Assembly: GCF_006345805.1 (NCBI RefSeq)
Contig: NC_043025.1
Span: forward strand, 11,346,001 to 11,410,000
Direction of reading: 5' to 3'
Length of the DNA stretch: 64,000 nt
From: Octopus sinensis
Lineage: Eukaryota
Shown here: piece after piece, positions 24,444 through 38,118 of the stretch
Layout of the letters: each line of letters begins with the position of its first letter
How positions within the stretch are numbered: the first letter of the stretch is position 1
Position numbers and translations under genes: made by a program
Notes under the pieces: model-generated
Told to the model about the DNA's origin: nothing
The model's input: the letters and a program-made list of their open reading frames with translations, nothing else
Databases searched by the model: none

Positions 24444-25080
24444 TTGTGTTCAAAATCACACAGAGGGAGTAGGAGAAAGTGTAGTATAAGTGAAGGGAGA
24501 CGAAAGAAAATAGTAATTCAGTGAAGGAGAAGTAGTGGGAGTAATAGCCGTAACGTAGAAATAGTGAGAGAAAGTAATAGCAATAAGAGAGAGGAAGTGG
24601 CAAAAAGCGTGTTATGTATCTTCTATTTTTCTCCGTCACAACCTGAATGCGAAAGGAAGGGCTGATAGATGAATAATGAAGGGGTGAAAAAAAAATTGTT
24701 TTAAGTCTGTGAGTATATCTGTGTGTATGTGTGTGTTTGTGCAATGGAAGTGGGATGGTGAACATTCAACACTGAAAAAAAATCAAACAGCGTTTCCACT
24801 CTGTGAGTGTGTGTGTGTACAAGAGAAGTATGTGAATGTATGTGAACATTGACAAGTGTATTAATTTGATTTACCATCCTGCTCTTGTGTATTTCTCCGT
24901 CACAACATATGAATGAGGAAGGAAGCGGTGATAGATGAATAAGGAAGGAAGGGGTGATGGCAAACTTGGCAGTGATGGAAGTTCTATGGTGAAAAAAAAA
25001 ATCAAACGGAAAACCAAGACACACACCACTCACACACACACTTGTGTGTGTGCGTGTGCATATGTGTGTTTGTGTGGGTG

Positions 25081-26313
25081 TATTCAAACTTGAAATCTTC
25101 AAAGCCACAGTTGAACCAATTCTACTATATGGCTCAGAAACCTGGACGCTATCAAAGAAGCTTGAGAGGCGGTTGGATGGAACTTACACTCGCCTCCTTA
25201 GGAGAGCTCAAAATCTCTCGTGGAAGCGTCATCCAACCAAAGTACAAATATATGGGAGGAAACTACACCTGTATCATCTCAGAGCCATAGGTTGCAGGGT
25301 TGTTGAGATTTCAAACTTAAAATCTTCAAAGCCACAGTCGAACCAATTGACTATATGGCTCAGAAACCTGGACGTTATCAAAGAAGCTTGAGAGGCGGTT
25401 GGATGGAACCTACACTCGCCTCCTTATGAGAGCTCAAAATCTCGTGGAAGCGTCATCCAACCAAAATGCAAATATATGGGAAACTACCACCTGTGTCATC
25501 TCTTGTGAAAGGTAGGAGAGTCCAGTTTGCTGGACATTGTTGTAGAGCGAAAATGAGGTAATTTCTACTCTTCTCCTCTGGAAGCCATCTACTCGCAATA
25601 CCAGAGGGCGCACACTCTTCGAGAGGCGATTGGATGGAACCTAGACTCGCCTCCTTATGAGAGCTCAAAATCTCTCGTGGAAGCGCCATCCAACCAAAAT
25701 GCAAATATATGGGAAACTACCACCTGTGTCATCTATTGTGAAAGGTAGGAGAGTCCAGTTTGCTGGACATTGTTGTAGAGCTGAAAAAGAGGTAATTTCT
25801 ACTCTCCTCCTCTGGAAGCCATCTACTCGCAATACCAGAGGGCGCATACTCTCCTACCCTGGTGTAATCTCCAGGGATACAGGCATCCAGCAACAGGCCC
25901 TCCGTAATGCCATGATGGACCGTGAAGTCTGGCGTAGCATGGTAAATTCCATTGTCTTGACCACGGTCGAACGATGATGATGGTTAGGGTTAGGGTTCTC
26001 TTGTGGAAGCGCCATCCAACCAAAATGCAAATATATGGGAAACTACCACCTGTGTCATCTCTAGTGAAAGGTAGGAGAGTCCAGTTTGCTGGACATTGTT
26101 GTAGAGCTGAAAACGAAGTAATTTCTACTCTTCTCCTCTGGAAGCCATCTACTTGCGATACCAGAGGGCGCACACTCTCCTACCCTGATGTAATCTCCAG
26201 GGATACAGGCATCCAGCAACAGGACCTCCATAATGCCATGATGGACCGTGAAGTCTGGCGTAGCATGGTAAATTCCATTGTCTCAACCACGGTCGAACAA
26301 TGATGATGATGAT
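25081..26313 (+). mobile_element. Four overlapping tandem copies of an RTE-like LINE 3' end
   Basis: ILLYGSETWTLSKKLERRLDG...RRVQFAGHC...AMMDREVW with a (TGA)n tail. Copies at about 25081-25277, 25310-25617, 25618-25981 and 25998-26313. Confidence 0.85.
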
Positions 26314-26549
26314 GTGGGTGTATTAGTGTGGTGTATTGGTGTGTGAGTGTGTGTGTGCGCACGCATAGGATGAGCTTTATCCGTCTACCAAATTAACTTT
26401 GCTCGGCATTGAAGTATTGTAAAAGACTCCAGCCCAAGGTGCCGTGCTGTGGGATTGAACCTGCAACCATGTGGTTGCAAGTAACCCCTTTTAACTACTC
26501 AACCATGTCTGTACTGCATGCTGTCTAATTTACATCTCAAATATTTCAG

Positions 26550-26866
26550 ACAATTCAGAACAATCCCTCGTCGAAAGATATTTGTTAATCCTTTTAAATC
26601 TCAGAAGGAGGAGGAGGACATTGGTGGATTATTCCATGACAAGACCGAAAGCCTGTTGTCAACACAAGACTACAACACAACCGGTGATACTAATGCTGCT
26701 ACCACTTTCACTGATGATGCTACTATTGTTATTGATGATAATGATGATGATGATGGTGGCCGTGAAGGTGGTGGTGATGGCAGAGGTGGTGGTGGCGGTG
26801 CACTTGATATTTTCAAAGATGTCAGTTTGGAATTGTCACAGAAAGATTCCATGTTTGAGCAAGAAG
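26550..26866 (+). CDS. HFM1: HFM1 exon, acidic/Gly-rich disordered region
   Basis: TTTCAG| and G|GTAATA. 317 nt open, RRKIFVNPFK...DDNDDDDGG...FEQE, phase 2 to 1. Confidence 0.7.
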
Positions 26867-26974
26867 GTAATAATTCTTTCACTTCTGGATATTCTTCATC
26901 CTAATTTATTATTTGGTTGGGTCGGTAGTAGTGCCAGCTCACTGGACAAAGTGCCTGGTGGTATTTAGTACAAC

Positions 26975-27207
26975 GGCGGCGAGCTGGCAGAAACATTAGC
27001 ACGCCGGGCGAAAATACGTCGCTGTATTTCGTCTGTCATTACGTTGTGAGTTCAAATTCCACCGAGGTCGACTTTGCTTTTCATCCTTTCGGGGTCGATA
27101 AATTAAGTACCCGTTATGCACTGGGGTCGATGTAATCGACTTAATACCTATGTCTGTCTTTGTTTGTCGCCTCTATGTTTAGCCCCTTGTGGGTAATAAA
27201 GAAATAA
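26975..27207 (+). mobile_element. tRNA-head SINE with core GCCTTTCATCCTTTCGGGGTCGATAAATTAAGTACCAG (resembles Deu/Nin-type SINE core, from memory)
   Basis: Dispersed copies at 5085-5350, 21735-22160, 29465-29692 (-) and 37200-37440; tandem arrays at 58835-59815 and 61175-62137. Confidence 0.75.
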
Positions 27208-27675
27208 GTGTTTAGTACGATGCACCACCTTCCTTTGGCAGAGAAAGGATGGAAATGGACAACAGGGTGCTGCTGTTTTCACTGCTGACAATTTGGTGCG
27301 GCTCACGGGTCAGGGTTGATGAAATAAATACCAGGTGAGCACCAGGGGTTGATGTAACCAACTTGCCCTCTCCCTTCAAAATGGTCGACACTCCAGTAGA
27401 TGACATGATTTGGTCTTATCAAATTCACAAGTATCCAAGTTGTTAAAAAATGTCAGCAGATGGATACGCAGGAGTCATGACCTTGATGTGGCCTGGCCCC
27501 CAATTAGAGTGTAAGAAGTTTAAGGGTCAAGACACTTGCCTGAGTTGAGTTGGGGTTCTTTTCTGAAGACCCTCTGCTGTCCAGCTCCCTTGGGAGTTTC
27601 TTACTGCCATGTTTGTAGTGTAAGTTGTTACTACAGCTTTTGCTGGTATTGAACTCTCTCTCTTTGTCTTTACAG

Positions 27676-27735
27676 TGCCAACATCTTCTGTTCCTCTTCC
27701 CAAGTCGAATATGCTGAAATCTGTGAAGGAAATAC
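27676..27735 (+). CDS. HFM1: HFM1 exon (VPTSSVPLPKSNMLKSVKEI-P)
   Basis: TTTACAG| and |GTATCC. LKSVKEIP matches the pre-helicase LKAVTEIP-type motif of HFM1. Confidence 0.8.
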
Positions 27736-29045
27736 GTATCCTTTCTACTATGTTTGTTGCTATTGATATAGTTTTCTTGATATATTTTTCTTGATAGCCC
27801 AAAATTTTATCTTAATACAACATAACAATATTGTTTAAATCAATCACCTATGGTACCCCATGATAAAATTTCCTCTGTATTATCATCATTGGTTTTATGT
27901 GTGTCTTGCCCCTTTAACTGGTAATTAATATCTTGATTTGAGGTCTTCCACTACCAAACCTCATAGCCAGTTACTTTATACTACTTCAAAATAATCTTGA
28001 CAAGTTTCATGACTATACCCACTATGATTCTCTCAACTCTCTCATGCCCTTTCCTAACAGACACTATTCTCTAGTCTTAGATTTGTTAAACAAGACTAAT
28101 AGGAGTGGTTGTGTGGTAAGTAGCTTGCTTACCAACCATGTAGTTCCTGGTTCAGTCCCACTGCGTGGCATCTTGGGCAAGTGTCTTCTGCTATAGCCCC
28201 GGGCCGACCAATGCCTTGTGAATGGATTTGGTAGACGGAAACTGAAAGAAGCCTGTCGTATGTGTTTATATATATATGTATGTATGTGTGTGTATATGTT
28301 TGTGTGTCTGTGTTTGTCCCCCTAGCATTGTGTTTAGGTTCCCGTCACTTAGTGGTTCGGCAAAAGAGACCGATAGAATAAGTGCTGGGCTTACAAAGAA
28401 TAAGTCCTGGGGTTGATTTGCTCGACTAAAGGCGGTGCTCCAGCATGGCCGCAGTCAAATGACTGAAGCAAGTAAAAGAGAGAGAGAGAAATTAAAACTG
28501 AACCAAAATCAGTGACAAGCTATGACCCAAACAAATTTTTTTTCCTGATGTCTTAGAAACTTCTAAGCTGAAGTGACAACAGCGTAGACTTTGTCGGTCT
28601 TCTTACACACTTACAGAATTTAACTAAAATTATACTGATTAAAAAAAATTCTATTTGTTTATTATGCAGCTGAGGATAGCTCTGCATTTAAATTGATGTA
28701 ATGATTGCATTGTTCAATTAAATGGAGCCACTTGAAATAGTCATACTGCATCACCTCTGGATATCCTGTTGCTTATTTTGATTTCATTCACCTTATTTTG
28801 AAGTTGTACAGATAATACCACACTAATTTTTGGTGCTTCAACTTAAATACCTAATTCATCTGAATCTCAGTTATTTTGCTTATATATATATATATAGGAA
28901 GGGCATCCAGCTGTAGAAACACTGCCAGATCTGACTGGGCCTGGTGCAGCCTTTGGGCTTCCCAGACCCCAGTTGAACCGTCCAACCCATGCTAGCATGG
29001 AAAGCGGACGTTAAACGACGATGATGATGATATATATATATATAT

Positions 29046-29082
<37 letters not shown>

Positions 29083-30858
29083 TATGTGATGCCGAATTAT
29101 TTCCTTTTTGGTTTTGAAATGTATCTAACCACCTTAATTATTATATATATATGATGGGCTTCTCTCAGTTTCCATCTACCAAATCCTCAACTCACAAGGC
29201 TTTGGTCAGGCCAAGGGTATAGTTGAAGACATTTTCCCAAGGTGCCAGGCAGTGGGACTGAACTCAGAACCATGTGATTGGGAAGTGAGCTTCTTACCAC
29301 ACAGCTATGCTTGTGCCTATATATACATCATACCTAAATATACATAATATATATAAGTTGTGTGTGTGTGTGTGTATGTGTGTGCCTCCCGGAGGCAATG
29401 ACCAAGACCTTTGGCATTATGTCATGCTTGAGAAGAGCCATTAAGCTGAGCAAAATCACATTTTTTCTTTACTGCCCACAAGGGGCTAAACACAGAGGGG
29501 ACAAACAAGGACAGACATAGGTATTAAGTCGATTACATCGACCCCAGTGCGTAACTGGTCCTTAATTTATCGACCCCGAAAGGATGAAAGGCAAAGTCGA
29601 CCTCGGCGGAATTTGAACTCACAACGTAACGGCAGATGAAATACCGCTAAGCATTTCGCCCGACGTGCTAGCGTTTCTGCCAGCTCGCCGCCTTTGATAC
29701 CGGTGTCATGCAAATTGGCACCTGTGCCGGTGGCATGTAAAAGCACCCATTACACTCTTGGAGTAGTTGGCATTAGGAAGAGCATCCAGCCATAGAAAAT
29801 CATGCCAAATCAGACTGGATTCTGGCACAGCCCAGTCAAACCAAGCCAGTATGGATGGACAATGGATATTAAATGATGATAGATAGATAGATATAAGATA
29901 TATATATTTGTATGTGAAGCAATTTCCTGTTTAACTACAAGCATTTCCCCTGATACATACATACATACATACATACAGTGTATCAGGGGAATGCCTGGTA
30001 ATTAAGCTAGTACATACAACACTGGAAATCGATACACATACACAAATTCTATTATTATAAAAGAATGGTGTGTGTGTGTGTGTGTGTAGTGGAAAATGAG
30101 TTGTTTGTGTTGTGATGCAAATTCTATCAGTCAGAGTATTCTGAGCTATGATTCAATGTGTTGACCTATATCTCTTCAACAGAATGCTCCACCGTCACCA
30201 CCACCACCCCACCAGACTGTTCACTCTCTCTGTCTCCCTCCCGCTGATTGCCTATCAGTCTGTTTGTCTCTCTCTCTCTCTCTCTCTCCCTTTCACTCTC
30301 TCTCTCTCCCTCCCTCCCTCCCTATCTCACCACCTTTCATATCCATTGACCTTCTGTGGACCAATGTGTCCAATGGACCCATTTCAGTTTTTTTTTTCAG
30401 TTACTTTTTCCTACTATTTATATTATTTGACTAGCAGTATCGCCCGGCGTTGCTCAGGTTTGTAAGGGAAATAACTATAAAGCATTTTGAGAGAGTTATA
30501 GCCAAAAAATAGCAAAAAAAGGGAAAAAAATGATGGTAAATTTTTTTTGAGAGTAAAAAAAGGTGGAGTTGCGTCCCCTAGACAGTTTGCGGTTTGTGTT
30601 TCTGATTCTCGACCCCATGACGAATTTATCGATTTTTTTCAGAACTGGGGGAACTTTTCAAAATTTTCGCTGCGTTAGTTTTGAATTATGACATTGGGCT
30701 ATGTGTGTGTCAAGTTTCATCAGAATCGGTTGAAAGCCGTGGTCAGGGTCAGGGTACAACCTAACAGACACACAGAAACACGCACAGACAAACTGCCGTT
30801 TATATAGAGAGAGATTCTGCTGATTTCTCGTAACTTTTTTTCTTGATTATCTTTTATT

Positions 30859-31725
30859 TTACGGAGATGTACTTGCATAGCAAGTAATTTGATCTGAGAT
30901 CGTCTGCTGGAACGAAAACAATTGCAGTGTGGAAGGTGTTTGTAAGCCATTTAAGAAACACAAAAAAGCCGTTCGATTCACTTCAACATTTAAGTTTAAT
31001 TTGTCAAAATATTTTCGTCGCTATAAGACCGCGACCTGTTCACTGACAAAAATCCGTAGCAGTGAACAGGTCGCGGTCTTATAGCGACAAAGAAAAAAAA
31101 AATCTTTGACAAATTTAACTTAAATGTTGAAGTGAATCGAACAGCTTTTGTGTGTTTCTTAAATGGCTTACAAACACCTTCCACGCTGCAATTGTTTTCG
31201 TTCCAGCAGACGATCTCAGATCAAATCATTTGCTATGCGAGTACATCTCCGTAATATATATATATTATTATTTTCTTATTTATTTTATATATATATATAT
31301 AAACAGAGATGCAGCACGGATTTTTGTCAGTGAACAGGTCGCGGTCTTAAAGCGACGAAAATATTTTGACAAATTAAACTTAAATGTTGAAGTGAATCGA
31401 ACGGCTTTTGTGTGTTTCTTAAATGGCTTACAAACACCTTCCACGCTGCAATTGTTTTCGTTTCAGCACACGATCTCAGATCAAATCATTTGCTATGCGA
31501 GTACATCTCCGTAATATATATATATTATTATTTTCTTATTTATTTTATATATATATATATATATATATAAACAGAGATGCAGCATGGATTTTTGTCAGTG
31601 AACAGGTCGCGGTCTTAAAGCGACGAAAATATTTTGACAAATTAAACTTAAATGTTGAAGTGAATCGAAAGGCTTTTGTGTGTTTCTTAAATGGCTTACA
31701 AACACCTTCCACGCTGCAATTGTTA
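30859..31725. ncRNA. Inverted plus tandem array of a ~268-bp unit carrying a variant minimal hammerhead ribozyme
   Basis: Intact folds at 31000-31050 (-), 31323-31373 (+) and 31591-31641 (+), with a degenerate copy at 31061-31115. See findings. Confidence 0.6.
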
Positions 31726-33335
31726 TCTTTTATTTGTCAAATGAGAAATTTTCCGTATACTCTTTACTCTTTTACTCTTTTACTTGTTTCAGTCATTTGA
31801 CTGCGGCCATGCTGGAGCACCGCCTTTTAGTCGATCAAATTGACCCCGGAACTTATTCTTTGTAAGCCTAGTACTTATTCTATCGGTCTCTTTTGCCGAA
31901 CCGCTAAGTGGCGGGGACGTAGACACACCAGCATCGGTTGTCAAGCAATGCTAGGGGACAACACAGACACACAAACACACACACACACATATATATATAA
32001 TACATATATACGACAGGCTTCTTTCAGTTTCCGTCTACCAAATCCACTCACAAGGCATTGGTCGGCCCGGGGCTATAGCAGAAGACACTTGCCCAAGATG
32101 CCACGCAGTGGGACTGAACCCGCAACCATGTGGTTGGTTAGCCAGCTACTTACCACACAGCCACAAGCTAAAATTTTTAAAATTTATAATATATTCTGTA
32201 AGCTGTATTTTTTAATTAAGATTTGTGAGAAACACTAATTCTTCACTCACCTGATAGTGTACATAATGTAGCTAAGAAATAGTGGTAGTTTGGAATAAAA
32301 TTAGAAGAAAATTAAAATTAAATTAAAAGAAAATTAATTGGACCCAATTAGTAATTAGTGACATACATTTTTTCTGGTAGACCAAGGGTTAAGAGTGTCA
32401 GGAGTGGGAGGAAAGGGCGCTACCTCCTCAGAACTTTCTCTCCCCTTTTCTGTCTGTTTTTGTAGCTAATGAAGTTGGTCTCTAATTGGTCAAATGGCTA
32501 GAAACAGAAGCCCCCAAACCCTCAGATTATACACTACCATCTTACAAAATGACACATTAGGTAATGCAATCCTGAGCACAATCTACCTAGAAAAAGAAAT
32601 AATATAAAGGATGGTCACGGCTGGAATGTTTTTGATCACAGGTTTGTTCTGCTCCATGTGAGCTGACCTGGGCCTAAAGAACAACAACAATAACAATCAT
32701 CTCCTCACCATTTTCCCTCTATGCAATGTCTGTTAAACCTTTAGCATTTAACCCTTTAGTGTTTAAACCGGCCATATCCGGCTAAAATATTCTACCTATT
32801 TTATGTTCAAACTAGTCAGATATAGTCATTCATAGCTATCTTATTGTGTCATTTTATGGAGGCGCAATGGCCCAGTGGTTAGGGCAGCGGACTCGCGGTC
32901 ATAGGATCGCGGTTTCGATTCCCAGACCGGGCGTTGTGAGTGTTTATTGAGCGAAAACACCTAAAAGCTCCACGAGGCTCTGGCAGGGGATGGTGGTGAT
33001 CCCTGCTGTACTCTTTCACCACAACTTTCTCTCACTCTTACTTCCTGTTTCTGTTGTACCTGTACTTCAAAGGGCTGGCCTTGTCACTCTCTGTGTCACG
33101 CTGAATATCCCCGAGATCTACGTTCAGGGTACACGTGTCTGTGGAGTGCTCAGCCACTTACGCGTTAATTTCACGAGCAGGCTGTTCCGTTGATTCGGAT
33201 CAACCGGAACCCTCGTCGTCGTAACCGACGGAGTGCTTCCATTCCATTGTGTCATTTAAAAAATAATCACATCATTGAAATCTCAAAGCCATGAAATGAT
33301 GCAAGATTAATTTTACATGGTGTGAATACATAAAG

Positions 33336-33668
33336 ACCCCCTTCGGTCATGAATGACCATGGGATTGCACCTAGAAAGTTACCCTCCTAGACATAAGTCT
33401 GGGCAAGGTTGTTTATGGAAGACCAGCAGTCGCCCATGCATACCGGCCTCCCCTCTCCACGCCACCAGTGTTATCCAAGGGAAAGACAAAGGTCGATACA
33501 GCTTGGCACCAGTGACGTCGCAACTCATTTCTACAGCTGAGTGAACTGGAGCAACGTGAAATAAAGTGCCTTGCTCAAGAACACAACACGCAGCCCGGTC
33601 CGGGATTCGAGCTCACAACCTCACGATCGTAAGCTCGACGCTCTAACCACTGAGCCATGCGCCTTCAC
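33336..33668 (-). mobile_element. tRNA-derived SINE (CORE/V-like central region)
   Basis: Head GGCGCATGGCTCAGTGGTTAGAGCG...TCGAATCCC then TTGAGCAAGGCACTTT. A related copy at 46320-47145 is split by two nested SINEs. Confidence 0.65.
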
Positions 33669-33965
33669 TGTGAATACATAAGCTTTACACTTTACAGAAT
33701 AATCTGAATGCTAAAGGGTTAAACCAGGCATGACTGGCCCAAATATTCAACCTCATTTCATGTTCAAACTGGCTAGATTCAGCCTCTCACGCCTATCCTA
33801 CAATGCCATTTCTAAAATTAAGAACTACATTGTCAAAATCTCAAAGCTATAAAATAATGTATGACTAATTAAAAACTGTGTATAAAGAAGCATTACCGTT
33901 GATTTTACAGTGGTGGTGGTTGTGGTGGTGATGATGATGTTTTCCTTAGCCAGTTCAAATTCCAG

Positions 33966-34033
33966 CATCCAAATTTAGAGACATATTCCCTTTTGAATAC
34001 TTCAATTCAACACAATCAAAAATTATTGATGAC
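33966..34033 (+). CDS. HFM1: HFM1 exon, Q motif (SKFRDIFPFEYFNSTQSKIIDD)
   Basis: TTCCAG| and |GTGAGT. FNxxQ Q-motif of Ski2-like helicases; phase 1 to 0. Confidence 0.9.
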
Positions 34034-34640
34034 GTGAGTTTACATCCTCTTTACTCTTTTTACTCTTTTTACTTGTTTCAGTCATCTGACTGCGGCCATG
34101 CTGGAGCACCGCCTTTTAGTCTAGCAAATCGACCCCACGACTTATTCCTTTGTAAGCCCAGTACTTATTCTATCGGTCTCTTTTGCCGAACCGCTAAGTA
34201 ACGGGGACGTAAACACACCAGCATCGGTTGTCAAGCAATGCTAGGGGACAAACACAGACACACAAGCACACACACGCATATATATATACATATATACGAC
34301 AGGCTTCTTTCAGTTTCCGTCTACTAAATCCACTCACAAGGCTTTGGTCGGCCTGAGGCTATAGTAGAAGACACTTGCCCAAGGTGCCACGCAGTGGGAC
34401 TGAACCCGGAACCATGTGGTTGGTAGACAAGCTACTTACCACACAGCCACTCCTGCATATATATATATACATATATACGACAGGCTTCTTTCAGTTTCCG
34501 TCTACTAAATCCACTCACAAGGCTTTGGTCGGCCCGAGGCTATAGCAGAAGACACTTGCCCAAGGTGCCACGCAGTGGGACTGAACCCGGAACCATGTGG
34601 TTGGTAGACAAGCTACTTACCACACAGCCACTCCTGCACC

Positions 34641-34679
<39 letters not shown>

Positions 34680-36046
34680 TAAGATGCTCAGTACCCAATA
34701 CTGTGATGTTGTTGATTGAAAGTATTGTATCTACTAGGGGATTTGTACTGTCTGTTAAGTCACCCCAGAGAGACCAGTACTTTATGCAATTTCCATGCAG
34801 CTCCCAAGTAATGCCGATTTTTTTTTTTTTTTTTTTTTTTTTTTGCAATGCCCCTAGATTGTAGGAATTTTCTAAAGTTTCTAGATGTTTCTTCAGGTTG
34901 GTTGGTATTGAACCCAAAACTCCAGAGACAACAGAGACAACCTTTATGTTTAATTCTCATAGCTGCCACATCTTGGCAATCTCAATTCTCGGGTTTCCAT
35001 ATTTACCAATCTTTCCTCTTTCTTTGATGATATGTTGGTCTCCTGGTACTGCTACATGGTTCTTGGTCTCAAGCATTTGTCTTATGAAGAAAGGCTGAAG
35101 ACGCTTGACCTTTATTCTCTCGAAAAACCCCGCCGCTGTGGTGATCTCATTCTTGCTCACAACATCATAAGCGGAAAGTGTAACCTCTTGAAAGAGCTGT
35201 TCTTCACTCCTGCTCCAGAGCGTCGGCTGCGGGGTCACTCCGAAAAGCTCTATCTGCGATGATTTCATCTCAATCGAAGGAGAGGGGCTTTCTCCGTCTG
35301 GGTTGCGGATCTGTGGAATAAGCTGCCGGACGAGATAGTGAAGATGCCGACGACCGCTCGGTTCAAAGTCTCTCTTGACCAGAAATGGCCTGAATTCTTT
35401 GCATGAACATCCTCCATGTACATAACTCCATGTCCCTCTTCATGGCCTTGCTTTTGCTTTTTGAGCCAAAAAATTAACTCAACTTAACTACATCAATTAT
35501 TAGGCACTCTTGATTGTCCCTCCTGCTATATCTGGCCTCCGGTGCTCTAACACCTTGTCTCTGTGGAAGTCAAAGTCCCAGAGGATTTTTGCCTTCCCAT
35601 TTTCATCCATTATCTTTTCCGATATATGTTGCCAGCCTCGCCTGGCCTCCGTGCTGGTGGCACGTAAAAAGCACCATCCGATCATGGCCGTTTGCCAGCC
35701 TCATCTGGCACCTGTGCCGGTGACACGTAAAAAGCACCCACTACACTCATGGAGTGGTTGGCGTTAGGAAGGGCATCCAGCTGTAGAAACATTGCCAGAT
35801 CAGACTGGGCCTGGTGCTGCCTTCTGGCTTCCCACACCCCAGTTGAACTGTCCAACCCATGCCAGCATGGAAAGCGGACGCTAAACGATGATGATGATGT
35901 TGGTACCAAGCGTATTAAGTACCAGTTGCATACTGGGGTCGATCTAATCAACTGGCCCCTTCCCCAAAAATTTCAGGCCTTGTGTCTAGAGTATAAAAGA
36001 ATATTTTATTGGGTGACATCATGTATGATACTTCATTGTATTTCAG

Positions 36047-36182
36047 GTTCTCTATACTGATAGCTCCATTGTGGTGTGTGCCCCAACTGGAGCAGGGAAA
36101 ACGGTGGTATTTGAACTTGCCATTGTGAGAGTCATTATCAAAGCTGAAGAAATGAACAACTACAACTTTAAAGCAGTTTACA
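36047..36182 (+). CDS. HFM1: HFM1 exon, Walker A (APTGAGKT)
   Basis: TTTCAG| VLYTDSSIVVCAPTGAGKTVVFELAIVR...KAVY |GTAAGT. Confidence 0.95.
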
Positions 36183-36280
36183 GTAAGTGAAACTTCCATA
36201 AGTAGTATGTATTGTGAATCATAGTGTTGGGGTTTCAAATCCTGTTGTTGGCTCTGTTTTCTGTGGGATCTTGTCCTTGA

Positions 36281-36327
<47 letters not shown>

Positions 36328-37915
36328 TGTTCAATGTTTAACTGTCAGTAGCTGAGTTTAGAGTAAGTAGAGCAGTCATAACTGGCATATGTCACAAATC
36401 ACAGGGCTGGAGTTTCAAATCCTATTGTCGGCTCTGTTTTCTGTGGTACTTTTTTGCATGTATGTATGCATAAGTGTATGTGTGTGTCCAATGTATTTCA
36501 CTGTCAGAGCTCGGTCTACTTAGCTGTACACTGGTACCACTAGGTGAAGATGTTGGAGTTGGAAAAACTCCGTCGGTTACAACGACGAGGGTTCCGGTTG
36601 ATCCGATCAACGGAACAGCCTGCTCGTGAAATTAACATGTAAGTGGCTGAGCACTCCACAGACACGTGCACCCTTAACGTAGTTCTCGGGGATATTCAGC
36701 ATGACACAGAGAGTGACAAGGCCGACCCTTTGAAATACAGGTACAACAGAAACAGAAAGTAAGAGCGAGAGAAAGTTGTGGTGAAAGAGTACAGCAGGGA
36801 TCACCACCACCCCCTGCCGGAGCCTCGTGGAATTTTTAGGTGTTTTCACTCAATAAACACTCACAACGCCCAGACTGGGAATCGAAACCGCGATCCTACG
36901 ACCGCGAGTCCGCTGCCATAACCACTGGGCCATTGCGCCTCAACTCAGGTGAAGATGTAATGCTTTAACTACGGGAAACAGAACAGATATAATATACCAT
37001 ATTTGATGGCATAAAAAATGCACAGGTATTTCAGATGCACCCCAATATCAGCAGTGCATATTCAGAGGAAAATGCTTTTAGTGTATTAAAGAATGTAGCA
37101 TAGGCCCACCATTACATATAGGAAGAGTTTACGAAGAAAAACAAAAGACGAAGACAGGTGGTGTACAAAACAAACAGATATATTAGTATAATTCAAATTA
37201 TAGTTCAAATTCCGCCGAGGTCGACTTTGCCTTTCTTCCTTTCGGGGTCGATAAATTAAGTACCAGTTATGCACTGGGGTCGATGTAATCAACTTAATCC
37301 GTTTGTCTGTCCTTGTTTGTCCCCTCTGTGTTTAGCTCCTTGTGGGTAGTAAACGAAATAGGTATTTCGTCTGTTGTTACGTTCTGAGTTCAAATTCCCT
37401 CGAGGTCGACTTTGCCTTTCATCCTTTCGGGGTCGATAACTTAATGACATAGTGATTTTTGGAGACTATTTTGGAAAAAAGGTGCACCTTATATCCCATC
37501 AAATGTCATACAATCCAACCCATGCCAGCATGGAAAATGGACTTTCGATGATGATGGAATCGTGGCCGATGCCAGCGCCGCCTCGACTGGCTTCCGTGCC
37601 GGTGGCACATAAAAAGCACCATCTGAATTGTGGCCGAAGCCAGTGCCCCCTCGACTGGCTTCCATGCTGGTGGCACGTAAAAAGCACCCACTACACTCGC
37701 GGAGTGGTTGGCGTTAGGAAGAGCATCCAGCTGTAGAAACATTGCCAGATCAGACTGGGGCCTGGTGCAGCCTTCTGGCTTCCCAGATCCCTGGTCGAAC
37801 CGTCCAACCCATGCTAGCATGGAAAGCGGACGCTAAATGATGATGATGATGATTTATACAAGTTATGTGTGTTTGTGCAAGGAAAGTAGCAATGAATAAG
37901 ATTTTTCACTTTCAG

Positions 37916-38067
37916 TGGCTCCCATCAAAGCCCTTTGTACGGAACGTTATGAAGACTGGGAGAAGAAGCTTGGAAAATTGGGGATTCGATGTCTGGAACT
38001 TACGGGAGACACTGATGCCGATGACTTCTCAGCCTTGCAGACTGCAAACATCATTATTACAACACCC
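37916..38067 (+). CDS. HFM1: HFM1 exon, motifs Ia/Ib
   Basis: MAPIKALCTERYEDW...ELTGD...IIITTP; canonical AG/GT, phase 1 to 0. Confidence 0.95.
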
Positions 38068-38087
38068 GTAAGTATGTTGTTGCTGCT

Positions 38088-38118
<31 letters not shown>

